Of a stretch of DNA of 64,000 nucleotides, positions 45,226 through 58,968 are shown piece by piece. Source of the DNA: the human T2T-CHM13v2.0 reference genome, Homo sapiens. The position numbers and the translations under genes are program-made. Every line of letters starts with the position of its first letter. The stretch's first letter is position 1. Below the pieces are notes generated by a model that searched no databases, was not told the DNA's origin, and saw only the letters and a program-made list of their open reading frames with translations. The stretch is taken from NCBI RefSeq assembly GCF_009914755.1, contig NC_060940.1, one strand, 5' to 3'.

Positions 45226-45510
45226 CTGGGAGGCCGAGGCAGGCAGATGACCTGAGGTCAGGAGTTTGAGATCAGCCTGGCCAACATAATGAAACCTTGT
45301 CTTTACTAAAAATACAAAAAAATTAGCTGGGCATGGTGGCACACACTTGTAATCTCAGCTACTGGGGAGGCTGAGGCATGAGAATCGCTTGCACCCAGGA
45401 GGCAGAGGTTTCAGTGAGCCAAGATCATGCTACTGCACTCCAGCCTAGGCAACAGAATGAAAAAAAAAAAAAAAAGAAAACAAAAGAAAAGAAAAGAAAG
45501 AGAAAGAAAA
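45226..45510 (+). mobile_element. 5'-truncated AluS
   Basis: Starts at TGGGAGGCCGAGGC; TSD AGAA(A/G)AGCTGAGGCTGG. Confidence 0.88.
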
Positions 45511-45956
45511 GAAGAGCTGAGGCTGGAAGCTGAAAGTTATCTCTGGTTTCAACCCTGGTAAGTAAAAAAGTTAGAGGCCAAAGCCAGAATGGTCTGGGTC
45601 CAGACTCTCTGCCATTAATTCCTGTGATCCACCAACTCCCTGCTAACTTGAGTAAAAGGCGCAAAATGATCCTCATTGTATGGTGTGTACAAATCTCAAC
45701 CTGGAGGTTCAGAGGAGAGAGCAAACCCCTGCTGATGTGTGGCAAATCAGAGAGGACTTCATGCTGGAAGTGATGGCATGCTGGCCCTTGGAGAAGGACC
45801 CCATTTGATCAGATAGTGAGAAGATGCACCCTAGACATAAATGATAATGCAGCAAAGGCACAGAGATGGGGAATGGGGAAATTATGCAGTTCAGGAAGAC
45901 TAGAGTTTGGAATACCTTTCAAAGAAGTGTGGGACAAGAGTCTGAAGAAGTAGCTA

Positions 45957-46563
45957 GACCACTGTGGAAAGCAGTTTGGTGATTTCTCAAAGAACTTAAA
46001 ACAGAGCTACTATTCAACCCAGCAATCTCACCATTGGGTATATATCCATTGGAAAATAAATCATTCTACCAAAAAGACACTTGTGCTCATATGTTCATTA
46101 CAGCACTATTCATAATAGTAAAGGCATAAAATCAAGCCAGGTGGCTGTCAGTGGTAGATTGGATAAAGAAAATGTGGCACATATAAACCACAGAATACTA
46201 CACAGCCATAAAAAAGAACAAAATCATCTCCTTAAAGCAACATGAATGCAGCTGGAGGCCATAATCCTAAACGAATTAACACAGAAACAGAAAACCAAAT
46301 ACCTCATGCTCTCACAAGTGGGAGCTAAAGATTGAGTACACTGGATGTAAAGACGGGAACAACAGATACTGGGGACTACTAGAGGAGGGGCGGGAGAGAT
46401 GGGGGCAAGGGCTGAAAAACTACCTATTGGGTACTATGTTTACTACCTGGGTGATGGGACAATTTATACCCCAAACCTCAGTGTCATGCCATGTACCCAT
46501 GTAACAAACCTGCATGTGTACCCCAAAATCTAAAATAAAAGTTAAAATTTTAAATAAATAAAA
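45957..46563 (+). mobile_element. 5'-truncated L1 (L1PA16/L1PB-type) 3' end
   Basis: CCACTGTGGAAAGCAGTTTGG...GAAAAACTACCTATTGGGTACTATG...CTAAAATAAAAGTT. Confidence 0.88.
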
Positions 46564-46777
46564 TTCTAAACTGAAGGATTATTGATAAGGAACCATCAAA
46601 TGGTTTCAGGCTGCAAGTGGTGAAAAGAAATTGATGGCATTAGAGAGAGAAGCCTTGGGAACCTAGAGGGTGTCTCTCGAGAGCCTGTCAAAGTCTCCCC
46701 AAGGCAGTGCCGGGAGAGGCTCAGCATGAGTTCCATGTGAATCTGGTCAACTGGGCAAAGATTGTGTTCGGCCTTTG

Positions 46778-46885
46778 GGAATAGCCTGGGCAACGTAGCG
46801 AGATGCTGTCTCTAAAAATAAAAATAAAATAGCCAGGCATGGTGGCTCATACCTATAGTCCAAGCTACTTGGGAGGCCGAAGCAG
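46778..46885 (+). mobile_element. Internal Alu fragment (linker region only)
   Basis: No 5' end, tail or TSD; shares private variants with the Alu at 47755-48035. Confidence 0.8.
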
Positions 46886-47754
46886 TGCCATTCACAGAAG
46901 TAGTGGAGTCTGAAAAAAGAAATAGTTATTCATAAAGAGATAATCAACTTGATTTTTGATGGGAATAAAAGCTAGAGGAATTTATTTCACAAGCACTCTT
47001 ACAGCATTTACAATCGACCAGGTCCAATTCTAAGTACTTCGTAAATATTGACATATTAAATACAATCATAGGAGGAATGTTTTCTCTTATTACCCTTGTT
47101 TTGCAGTCAAGAGAAGTGAGGTACACAAAGGTAGAACAACTTGCCCACTGTCACATGTGTCATAAGCATCAGAGCCTGGGTTTGAACCCAGAAATTTCGG
47201 CTCCAGAGTTCATTCCTCAACCATGTTAGGACATCATCTTTGTGAACATCAACATCCAAGCAATAATCTACAAATCTGAATTACTCACCTTTCTTGAGTT
47301 TGACAAAAGAAAATGACTCCTACCGTCCCACAGGCCTCACATTGTGGGGACATGCCAAGATCTCTAGATTAATTTAGATCTATATGCTACTAATGATCAA
47401 TAAACTTGACATTTGTTCTAGGACTTCCAGTTGCCAAGTTCCATCATTATGACTAGAGTCCATTGTCACATCCTGTTCACCACTACATTGCTACTGCCTA
47501 GAAAAACACTTGAGATGTAATTACTGCTCAATGAATATTTGTGATTGAGTATAATCTCTGGCCAGAGCCAGGCCCAGATTTGCCCCACATTTTAGATCTT
47601 GTGTTCTTACAGTGTTGCATGGTGATTTTAAACATAGAGTCTGAAGTCAGACTTCCTGGGTTTGAATCCTAGCTCTGCCACTTACTAGCGGTGGAACTTC
47701 AAATAAGTTACTTAATATCTCTGTGCCTAAGCTTTCCTGTACATAAAATGTGGA

Positions 47755-48035
<281 letters not shown>

Positions 48036-48324
48036 TTTAAAATGTGATGGTAATGGTAACTACCTCATAACATTGCTGTGAGCATCAAATGAATTAATGT
48101 TTGTATAGTACTTAGAACAGTGCTAGAACATAGAACCAAAACTGTTAGCTGTTACTGTTACTACTACTATTACCACCATTACTGTGGAGTATAGCTGGGC
48201 TGCCTCATAGTTATAGAACCTTTTTTCCAACCAATTCTTCTCTCTGTTTCTCCCTGTTGAGGTCTCAGCCTGCTTCAAGTCTAAGGTCATCCAAGTTTTC
48301 TCTTATTATAATGATTATGGTAAG

Positions 48325-48771
48325 TGTATTAGTCAGGGTCCTCTAGAGGGACAGAACTAAGAGGATAGATATATATATGAAGGGAGTTTATTAAGGAGTA
48401 TTGACTCACATGATCACAAGGTCCCACAACAGGCCATCTGCAAGCTGAGGAGCAAGGAAGCCAGTGAGAGTCCCAAAGCTGAAGAACTTGGAGTCCGATG
48501 TTCGAGGGTAGGAATCATCCAGCACAGGAGAAAGATGCAGTCTGGAAGGCTAAGCCAGTCTAGTCTTTTCACATTTTTCTACCTGCTTTATATTCTGGCC
48601 ACTCTGGCAACTGATTAGATGGTACCCACCCAGATTAAGGGTGGGTCTGCCTTTCCCAGCCCACTTACTCAAATGTTATTCTCCTTTGGCAACACCCTCA
48701 CAGACACACCCAGGATCAATACTTTGCATCCTTCAATCCAATCAAGTTGACACTCAGTATTAACCATCACA
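48325..48771 (-). mobile_element. MLT2A1-like solo LTR (HERV-L)
   Basis: Minus strand starts TGTGATGGTTAATACTGAGTGTCAACTTGATTGGATTGAAGG; TG...CA ends; perfect 5-bp TSD GTAAG. Confidence 0.93.
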
Positions 48772-49205
48772 GTAAGTGCCCTCTTGATGAAACCCATACC
48801 ATCATCATTCCCTGTGTCATCTTTATCTCCAGTTATAAGCACCAGCCATCCCTTTGCCTTCTTGCTGACAACATGAATTGGGTTTAAGAAGGAAAATCTC
48901 CTTCCAGAGTAGCCTCTTTCCTGCTGATGCAGGAGCCCAGCCTGCAGGACTGGGCTGTGCTTCCATCCTCAGCCCAACTCTACCCTCCAGGAATGCTCTT
49001 ACAGCCATAGCTTTCTGAACCCTAGAAAGGCTCCTGAGCTGCCCTGAGCTGGATAATCCTTGCTACAGTTATAGCCTCTGCCTTCCAGTCCCTTGTACCA
49101 GAGAGAAAGGAGGACTCAGTGAAGACCCAGGTCAGAGTGAATGTACAGAATTTTGATTGAGGCCTGAAGATCTCAAGCACTGTGTATGTGAAAGTGATTG
49201 GATGA

Positions 49206-49630
49206 TGTGATGGTAATTTTTTTGTGTTAACTTGGCAAGTCTAGAGTACCCAGTTATTTAATCAAACAATATTCTAGGAGTTGCTTTGGAGGTATTTTGC
49301 AGATATGGTTAACACCTATAATCAATAGGCTTTAAATAAAGGAGATTTCCCTCAACAATATAGGTGGGCTTTACTTCATCTGTTGAAAGCCTTAAGAGCA
49401 AAACTCAAGGTTTCCAATACAAGAAATTCTGCATCAAGACTTCAATATCAACTCCTGCCTGAGTTTCCAGCCTGCCAGCCTGCCCTACAAATTCAGACTT
49501 GCCAGCCCCCACAATCATGTGAGCCAATTTCTTAAAATAAATATCTTAATATAGACATACACACATGTGGTGCACACACACACGCACAGAGACAAATGGT
49601 CTCTTTCTCTGGAGAACCCTGATGGATAGT
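49206..49630 (+). mobile_element. MLT2D-like solo LTR
   Basis: TGTGATGGTAATTTTTTTGTGTTAACTTGGC...CAGACTTGCCAGCCCCCACAATCATGTGAGCCAATT...TCTCTGGAGAACCCTGA. Confidence 0.82.
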
Positions 49631-49739
49631 GATGCTATCCAACCTCCCAATAACAATAAGAAATCGAAGACAAGCAGACTCCAGGAGAAAGATGAGGCTG
49701 GGTTGCAGTTATCACATAACAGAAAAAGGAAAGATAAAA

Positions 49740-50097
49740 TGAGGAGGGAAGGGAAGGGAAGGGAAGGAGGGAGGAAGGAAGGAGGGAAGGCAGGAAGGAA
49801 GGAAGGAAGAAGAAAGGGAGGGAGGGAAGGAAGTGAGTTAAATAAGGGAGAAATGAAGGAAGGGAGTCAAAGGAAGGAAGGAAGTTAAATAGGGAGGGAA
49901 GAAAAGAAGAAAGGAAGAAAGGAAGGAAGGAAGGAAGCAAGGAAGGAAGTTAAGAAAGGAAGGAAGGCCAGGAGTTAAATAAGGAAAGAAGTGGGGGAGG
50001 GGAGGGAGGAAGGAGACAAAAGACAGGAAGTGGGGAGAGAGAGAGGAGAGGAGAGGAAAGAGGGGAAAAGATGAGGAAAGGAGAGAGAGAGAAAAAA
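49740..50097. repeat. GA-rich / (GGAA)n low-complexity tract
   Basis: ~360 bp of nearly pure purine on the plus strand. Confidence 0.95.
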
Positions 50098-50398
50098 TAA
50101 ATAGCTTTTTTTGTTTGTATAATCTGACATCTTGTAGACAGTTTTTTAGAGAGATCAATTCTGTCCCTTTGAGTTTTATTTTAAAAATTAGAGAAATAGG
50201 CTATTTGGCTAGTCTGCAAGACTTGTCATAGCCTCTGGGTTTACTGGGCGATTGGCAGGCCATAGTGTAAATAATGACTTAGAACTACTGGTTCAACTTC
50301 TCTTCAAAAATAAGGAACTAGGATCCAAGGTGAGGCCCAGTGACATACAGTGACTTGGTCAATATCGCTCATGGGAAGGCAGTCAAAGCTGTAGGTAG

Positions 50399-50805
<407 letters not shown>

Positions 50806-51699
50806 TCAGTCACCTCTGACCTTGCTATTTATTCCCAAGAGTCAGAGAGGCAGAGTGTACCCTCTGCCTTCGGAGATATCAAAGTCATCAAACCTGGACA
50901 AGTGAAAGCTTTGGCTGACCAGGGGCAGGGGAGGTTGGGTGTATCTGGCTGCTTACAATTCAGAAGTTGACATCAGCTCAGCTGCTTGCATGCTGTGCTA
51001 AATCTCAACGTGTATAGACTGAAAATCACCCAGTTACTTTGCGAAAACAGCAGTTTAATAAGATTAGGAGGAGTTGAGAACACTTGTTACGTTCAAGGCA
51101 ATAAAATGAAAAGCAGATCATGAAGCTGAGAATTTGCAATGGAATTCTGAAATCAGCAAGTGGAAGAAATATTGTCTGAGGAGACAGAATTCAAGACATT
51201 GGCTTCAGACAGGTCAAGTCAAAACGTACTACCCTTAGAAGAAAATCCAGTTGCCCTTGGTGTAGAAGCAAGCTCCTGCTGCTCTTCTTGGACACCACAT
51301 TATTATTTATATTGGGAACTCCTACCAATTTACATATCCTATAGATTGACCTGGTCTATTAAGCGCTAAGCCTCAAAGTATTATTGTAACTTAAACTTGC
51401 ACCAAGTAGTGCTGTGATCTCAATAAATTGTGTCGGGTAGAAGTTCATCAAGTTGGGCAAAGGGGAAGAGAAAAAAATGAAGATTTGTACATGATCAGAA
51501 TTGAGAATGTTACCCAGCTAAGACATGGCTCACCAAGACATCCCAAGAGGCTGTGCCCAATGCTGGCTTGGTGAGTCGGGAGTTGGCCTTTATAAGTGTC
51601 TAACAAGGCCATGTTGCTCAAAGGAAGCAGAAATCTAAGCAGCAAGGGAAATACCTTAGGCAAAAGAGGTCTTGGTGTGATAGAGGTCTTGAGACAATT

Positions 51700-52045
51700 C
51701 TCAAGTGGTTAAGTAGAGTGGGATGGAAAGATTGTGATCTAAAAGAATCTGAGAGGAAAGAAGGGGTCAGATCACTCCGAACGTTGTGTTAAATAAGAAA
51801 TTTGGGATATAAGCTAAGAGGAGTGGGAGTCATAGAAAGATTTTAGGCAGGAAGTGACAAGAATTGGCTTATATTTTTAAAGGATCATTCTGGCTTTTAG
51901 GTAAAACTGATTGCAGGAAGGGCAGGCAAGAATGAAAACAGGGGAACCAATTAGAAGAATATTACAGCAGTGAAGGATAAAAAACGATGCTGGCTTTGAC
52001 TAGGATGACGGAAGTAAAGACGGAAAGAAGTGAATGCATTGGTAG
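51700..52045 (-). mobile_element. L2 remnant
   Basis: ATTTTAGGCAGGAAGTGAC...TTTTAAAGGATCATTCTGGC...GGCTTTGACTAGGATG. Confidence 0.7.
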
Positions 52046-54215
52046 ATATGTGGATGTATGGGTATATGTGTGAATGGATTGATGGGTGAGTGAGTGGGTG
52101 AACAGATGGGTGAATGGATGAGTGGATAGATGGGTAGATGAATCGATAGATGGATGAGTGGATAGGTATATGGGTGATGGATGGGTGGATGGTTGAGTAG
52201 ATGGATGGATGGGAAGATGGGTGGATAGATGGATGGGAGAGTGAGTAGGTGGGTGGATGAGTGTATGAGTGAATGGGTATATGGGTGGGTAAATGGGTGG
52301 ATGAAGAGATAGGTGGATGACTGAATGGGTGAATGGATGAATGAATGAATAGTTGGATGGATGGGTGAATGGGTGGATGGAAGAATCAGTGGAGGGGTAG
52401 ATGAATGGATGGATGGATGGATGGATGGATGGATGAGTGTGAGTGGATGGGTGGGTGGATGGGTGGATAGGCAGATGAGTGAGTAGGTGGGTGGATAGGT
52501 GGGTAGACAAATGGATGACCGATGAATAAATGGGTGGATAGACGAATGGGTAGATGGGTGAATGGGGGGGGGGTAGATGAGTGAATAGGTGGATGGGTGG
52601 ATAGATAAGATGGATGGATGATTGGCTGGGTGGGTGGATGGATTTATGAGTGGGCAGGTGGATGGGTGGATGAACGAATGGGTGATGGATGGGTGGATGC
52701 TTAGATAGGTGAGTGAATGGATGAATGAATGAAAGGACTGGTGGGGGTGTATGTATGGATGGAAGGGTGAATGTATGGATGATGGGTGAGTGGATGGGTG
52801 GATGGATGGAATGGGTAAGTAAGCAGGCAGATGGATGGGTGGATGAATGGGAGAATGGGTGAATGGATAGATGGGTGGATGGGTTGATGGGTGAGCAAGT
52901 AGATGGGTGGATACATGGATAAAAGGGTGGATTTGTGAGTGGATGTATGTGCTGATGGGTGAATGTATGGATAAACGGGTATATGGGTGGATTAATGGGT
53001 GGATGGGTGAATGGATGGGTAGATGTGTGGATGGATAGATGCGTGAGTGGGTGGGTGGATTTATGGGTGAATGGTGGAGTGGATAATGGGTAGATGGGTA
53101 AGTGGTTGTATGAGTGGTAGATGGTTGGATGGATGGATGGATGGATGGATGGATGGATGGATGAATGGATCGATACATGGGTGGGTGGATGGGTGAGTGA
53201 ATACATTGGTGAAAGGATGGATGGATGGACGCATGGATGGATGGATGGATGGATGGGTGAATGGGTGGATGGAAGAATGGGTGGAGGGGTAGATGAATGG
53301 ATGGATGGATGGATGGATGGATGGATGGATGGATGAGTGTGAGTGGATGGGTGGGTGGATGGGTGGATAGGTAGATGAGTGAGTAGGTGGGTGGATAGGT
53401 GGGTAGACAAATGGATGACCGATGAATAAATGGGTGGATAGATGAATGGGTAGATGGGTGAATGGGTGGGTAGATGAGTGAATAGGTGGATGGGTGGATA
53501 GATAAGATGGATGGATGATTGGCTGGGTGGGTGGATGGATTTATGAGTGGGCAGGTAGATGGATGGGTGGATGGATGAATGGGTGATGGATGGGTGGATG
53601 GGTAGATGGGTGAGTGAATGGATGAATGAATGAAAGGACTGGTGGGGGTGTATGTATGGATGGAAGGGTGAATGTATGGATGATGGGTGAGTGGATGGGT
53701 GGATGGATGGAATGGTAAGTAAGCAGGCAGATGGATGGGTGGATGAATGGGAGAATGGGTGAATGGATAGATGGGTGGATGGGTTGATGGGTGAGCAAGT
53801 AGATGGGTGGATACATGGATAAAAGGGTGGATTGGTGAGTGGATGTATGTGCTGATGGGTGAATGTATGGATAAACGGGTATATGGGTGGATTAATGGGT
53901 GGATGGGTGAATGGATGGGTAGATGTGTGGATGGATAGATGCGTGAGTGGGTGGGTGGATTTATGGGTGAATGGTGGAGTGGATAATGGGTAGATGGGTA
54001 GGTGGTTGTATGAGTGGTAGATGGTTGGATGGATGGATGGATGGATGGATGGATGGATGGATGAATGGATCGATACATGGGTGGGTGGATGGGTGAGTGA
54101 ATACATTGGTGAAAGTATGGATGGATGGATGGATGGATGGATGGATGGATGGACGCATGGATGGATGGACGCATGGATGGATGGATGGATGGATGGGTGG
54201 ATGAATGGATAGATG
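52045..54215. repeat. Degenerate (GGAT/GGGT/GAAT)n array containing a ~900-bp tandem duplication
   Basis: Tetranucleotide-based array. Sequence lines from 52861 on recur almost exactly 900 bp later (53761 on). Units ~52355-53250 and ~53250-54170. Confidence 0.97.
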
Positions 54216-56041
54216 ACTACTTAAATGACAAGGTATGCACACTGTTCCCTTTGTCTTGCTGCTTGAACACATAGAGACATTTATTAATTTTCTGTAAGAA
54301 GTTCATTGATTATTTAGGATTTTCTCAGTCAGTAGAAAGTAAGTGCAAATGAAAAGTAACCCATTGGTGTACATGAAGAACAAATACTGTGCCATCTCCA
54401 CCTTGCAGATGAAGAGACTGAGGTCCTTAGAGAAAAGCAGCTGGCCTGTGGATATACAGCCTGGGAAGACGGGGAGTGGAAGTAGAATTTCACTCTTGTA
54501 CCCTTATTTCTAGGAGTCCTTGCTGCATCCACTTCATGGGGCTCCTGCTGTTGTGTACTCTTTCCAGATAAGGAGAAGATGGTCTAGGAAATAATCCAGG
54601 GCATTTATTACTGCCATCAGTCATGGATATATCTTGCAAAGAGGCTGGTGGAAGAAGTCACCACTCTGCGCTGTCCCCCAAGGGATCAGCCATACGGAGT
54701 AAAGAATGTGCTAAGCTCTGTTCTGGGGCAAAGTGGAGGCAAGAATGTAAGCACTGCCATTTCACAGGTGTGTGAAGAAGGACCTGCAAGAAAGAAGAAA
54801 ACAAAATGGGTTGCATGTGTAGATATAGGTATATCTACATCTAAAGACAGAGAGAAACCACAGCATTCAGAAAGAAGATTTTGAGTTTGATTATTTCAGA
54901 GGTCTGGGTATGTATCCAGTGAGGATGAGAAACAGGGACAGAAAAAAAGTGAATGAATGACAGAGTGAGAGTTGCTTTATATTTATATGGGCAGAGGAAG
55001 GTGTATGAATGTGTGTCTAGGTGTGTAGATGTGTTTGTGTGTATTTGTGTGTGAGTGTGCATCAATGGTTGTGTGCATGTGTATTTACTTGTATTTTTAT
55101 TCATATGTATGTGGGTGAAAGGGAAAGATTTTGAGACATCTCTGAGGATGCACACTTCAGGATTGTATGTGCACTCAAGGGAAGGAGGTAACATTATTTG
55201 TCATTTGACAGTTTAGGGACGTGTGGGCTCGCAATGGGAGGTGGCAGGGGTTAGGAGAAGGAAAAGAGAGACAGAAAAAGAGAAAGGGAGGCAGAGAGAG
55301 ACAGATAAGGCATAGGGGAAAAGGGAGAGAGAACCACGCCACCCATCACAGAGGCTGCCAGAAGCTCTTGGCCCACCCCCACCCGCCCAGAACATCTCTG
55401 CTGTCCTAGAATGGTTTTAATCCCAGTACGCTGTGATCACCCTGCCTATTTTATGGTATGTCAGTCCTCTATACCACTAGAAATTGCTTGGAAAAGGACC
55501 TCATTTTTTTTCAGACCACTAAAAGCGGCCCTTCTCTGTTTCTGGTTTCTCTTAAATGCAGTCGTGGAGAGGTAGATGGATTATTTTCAGCCTATCTCAG
55601 TACTGTGGCAAGGTGGCAAAGGCCTCCAGGCTATCCTGGGAAGGAGGAATGCATGGTGGAGGGGAAAAGGATTTCATTAGATCATGCCCCAGGTTGTTCA
55701 AGTGAAAAATGGAGAAAATAATAATATCTTTCTTGCCCTCACAGATGACTCTGGAAAGGAAGAGTAAATCTCTACTCTCCAGGAGTTCCCTGGAAGGCAG
55801 ATTTTATAGAAGCTATGGAAGAGGGTGTGGCCATTTTCAGAGAAGAGGAGATATTTAGACTGAGAAGTCAGTGAATGTTTCAAGGAGACGCAGGTGAAAA
55901 TTCTTCCGTTAGGGTAGCTAGGCTGCAATGTTGTGGATTTGGTCTGTTCTTGGTCAGTATCTTCTAGTGCAGTTGAATTCTAATCAGACTAACCTGTTTG
56001 GAGAATGGAGGATCCAGCCCTTATGCTTTTAAGAATCACTT

Positions 56042-57780
<1,739 letters not shown>

Positions 57781-58033
57781 CCCTGTTCCATGTGGAAAAG
57801 GCATGTTGCTCAAGGATCCGAACTTCCTCTTGCCATTTTACAAGTAAGGGTGAACACTGATGTCTAGGGTGAGAAAAAAAAAAATCTAGGTCCCTCAGCA
57901 ATCAGGTGAGCATAATAGTAAGGAAGCCAAACCCACAGCTCTTAGGGAAGCAGAACTTTACAAGTGGTTTGGCATTCAGGGGGAGAGCTGCCACCTGTGG
58001 TAAGGTGAACGTGTAGGAATATGGCATGGCCTC

Positions 58034-58447
58034 TGTATTAGTCTGCTTTGTGTTGCTATAAAGAAATACCTAAGCCTGGGTAATTTACAACGAAAAAGGT
58101 TTAATTGGCTCATGGTTCTGCAGGCCATACAGGAAGCATAGCAACATCTGCTTCTGGTGAGGCCTCAGGAAGTGTCCAATCATGGTGGGAGGAGAAAGGG
58201 GAGCTAGTGGGTCACATGGTGAAAAAGGTAGCCGTAGAGAGAGGAGGAGGTGCCAGCCTTTTTAAAATAACCGGATATTCCATGAACTAACAGAGTGAGA
58301 ACTCACTCATCACCAAGGGGCGGGCACCAAGCCATTCATGAGGGATCTGCCCCCATGCCCCAAACACCTCCCACTAGGTGCACCTCCAACACTTGGGGTC
58401 ACATTTTAACATGAGATTTGGAGGGGAAAAATATCCAAACAATATCA
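58034..58447 (-). mobile_element. MSTB-like solo LTR (MaLR)
   Basis: TGTATTAGTCTGCTTTGTGTTGCTATAAAGAAATACC...CATGAGATTTGGAGGGGAAAAATATCCAAACAATATCA; perfect TSD GCCTC. Confidence 0.92.
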
Positions 58448-58558
58448 GCCTCCATCTTACAAAAGGCCTGTAGGCAGAAGTGGTCATCAGAGCAGGAAAC
58501 AGAGCAGACGTTTTATCCTGTGGACCAGGGCACAAGACAGGATATAAGTGAAGCGTGC

Positions 58559-58968
58559 TGTGGCAGAGAATGAGTAGATGTGCACCAATCCCACTTCCCT
58601 GGCCTAAGAGCATGGGGAGACTGCAGTTCCTGCCTCCCCGGCTCTTGAGCTGAGGCCACATGCTGATTCTGGCAAGTGGAATGTGGGTGAGCAAATGTAC
58701 ACCATTTCCAGGCCCAGCCCTGCTTCTCTCTGAGATCCTCGGTTCACTCTCTTTATTCAGAGCATAAGGATCCAGCTTAAGACCACACAACCCTATGCGA
58801 AAAGTTGAGCCTCAAGATGGAAGGAAAGTAGATTGCTAAATCATTGCACATAATGCTGCTGGCTCAATGCCTGATCGGGTTGTGACATGAGTAACAAATA
58901 GGCCATTGCACCAAGTCTTTGAGATACAGGGGTTGTTACAGCAACTAGAGTTAATTACCCTAGCATGC
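58559..58968 (+). mobile_element. Old MLT1 (I/J-like) LTR
   Basis: TGTGGCAGAG...GGCCACATGCTGATTCTGGCAAGTGGAATGTGGG...GTTGTTACAGCAACTAG. Confidence 0.65.

Noticed and set aside
51962-54174. 714-aa and 724-aa minus-strand ORFs (His/Pro/Ser/Ile/Thr-rich)
   Set aside because: They are translations of the G-poor (ATCC/ACCC)n strand, which rarely forms stop codons. Two overlapping frames are open, and there is no domain, promoter or splice context.
52045-54215. CRISPR-like, telomeric or HSATII/III satellite interpretation of the array
   Set aside because: No constant repeat with unique spacers, no TTAGGG and no GGAAT pentamer periodicity; it is a degenerate tetranucleotide repeat in primate DNA.
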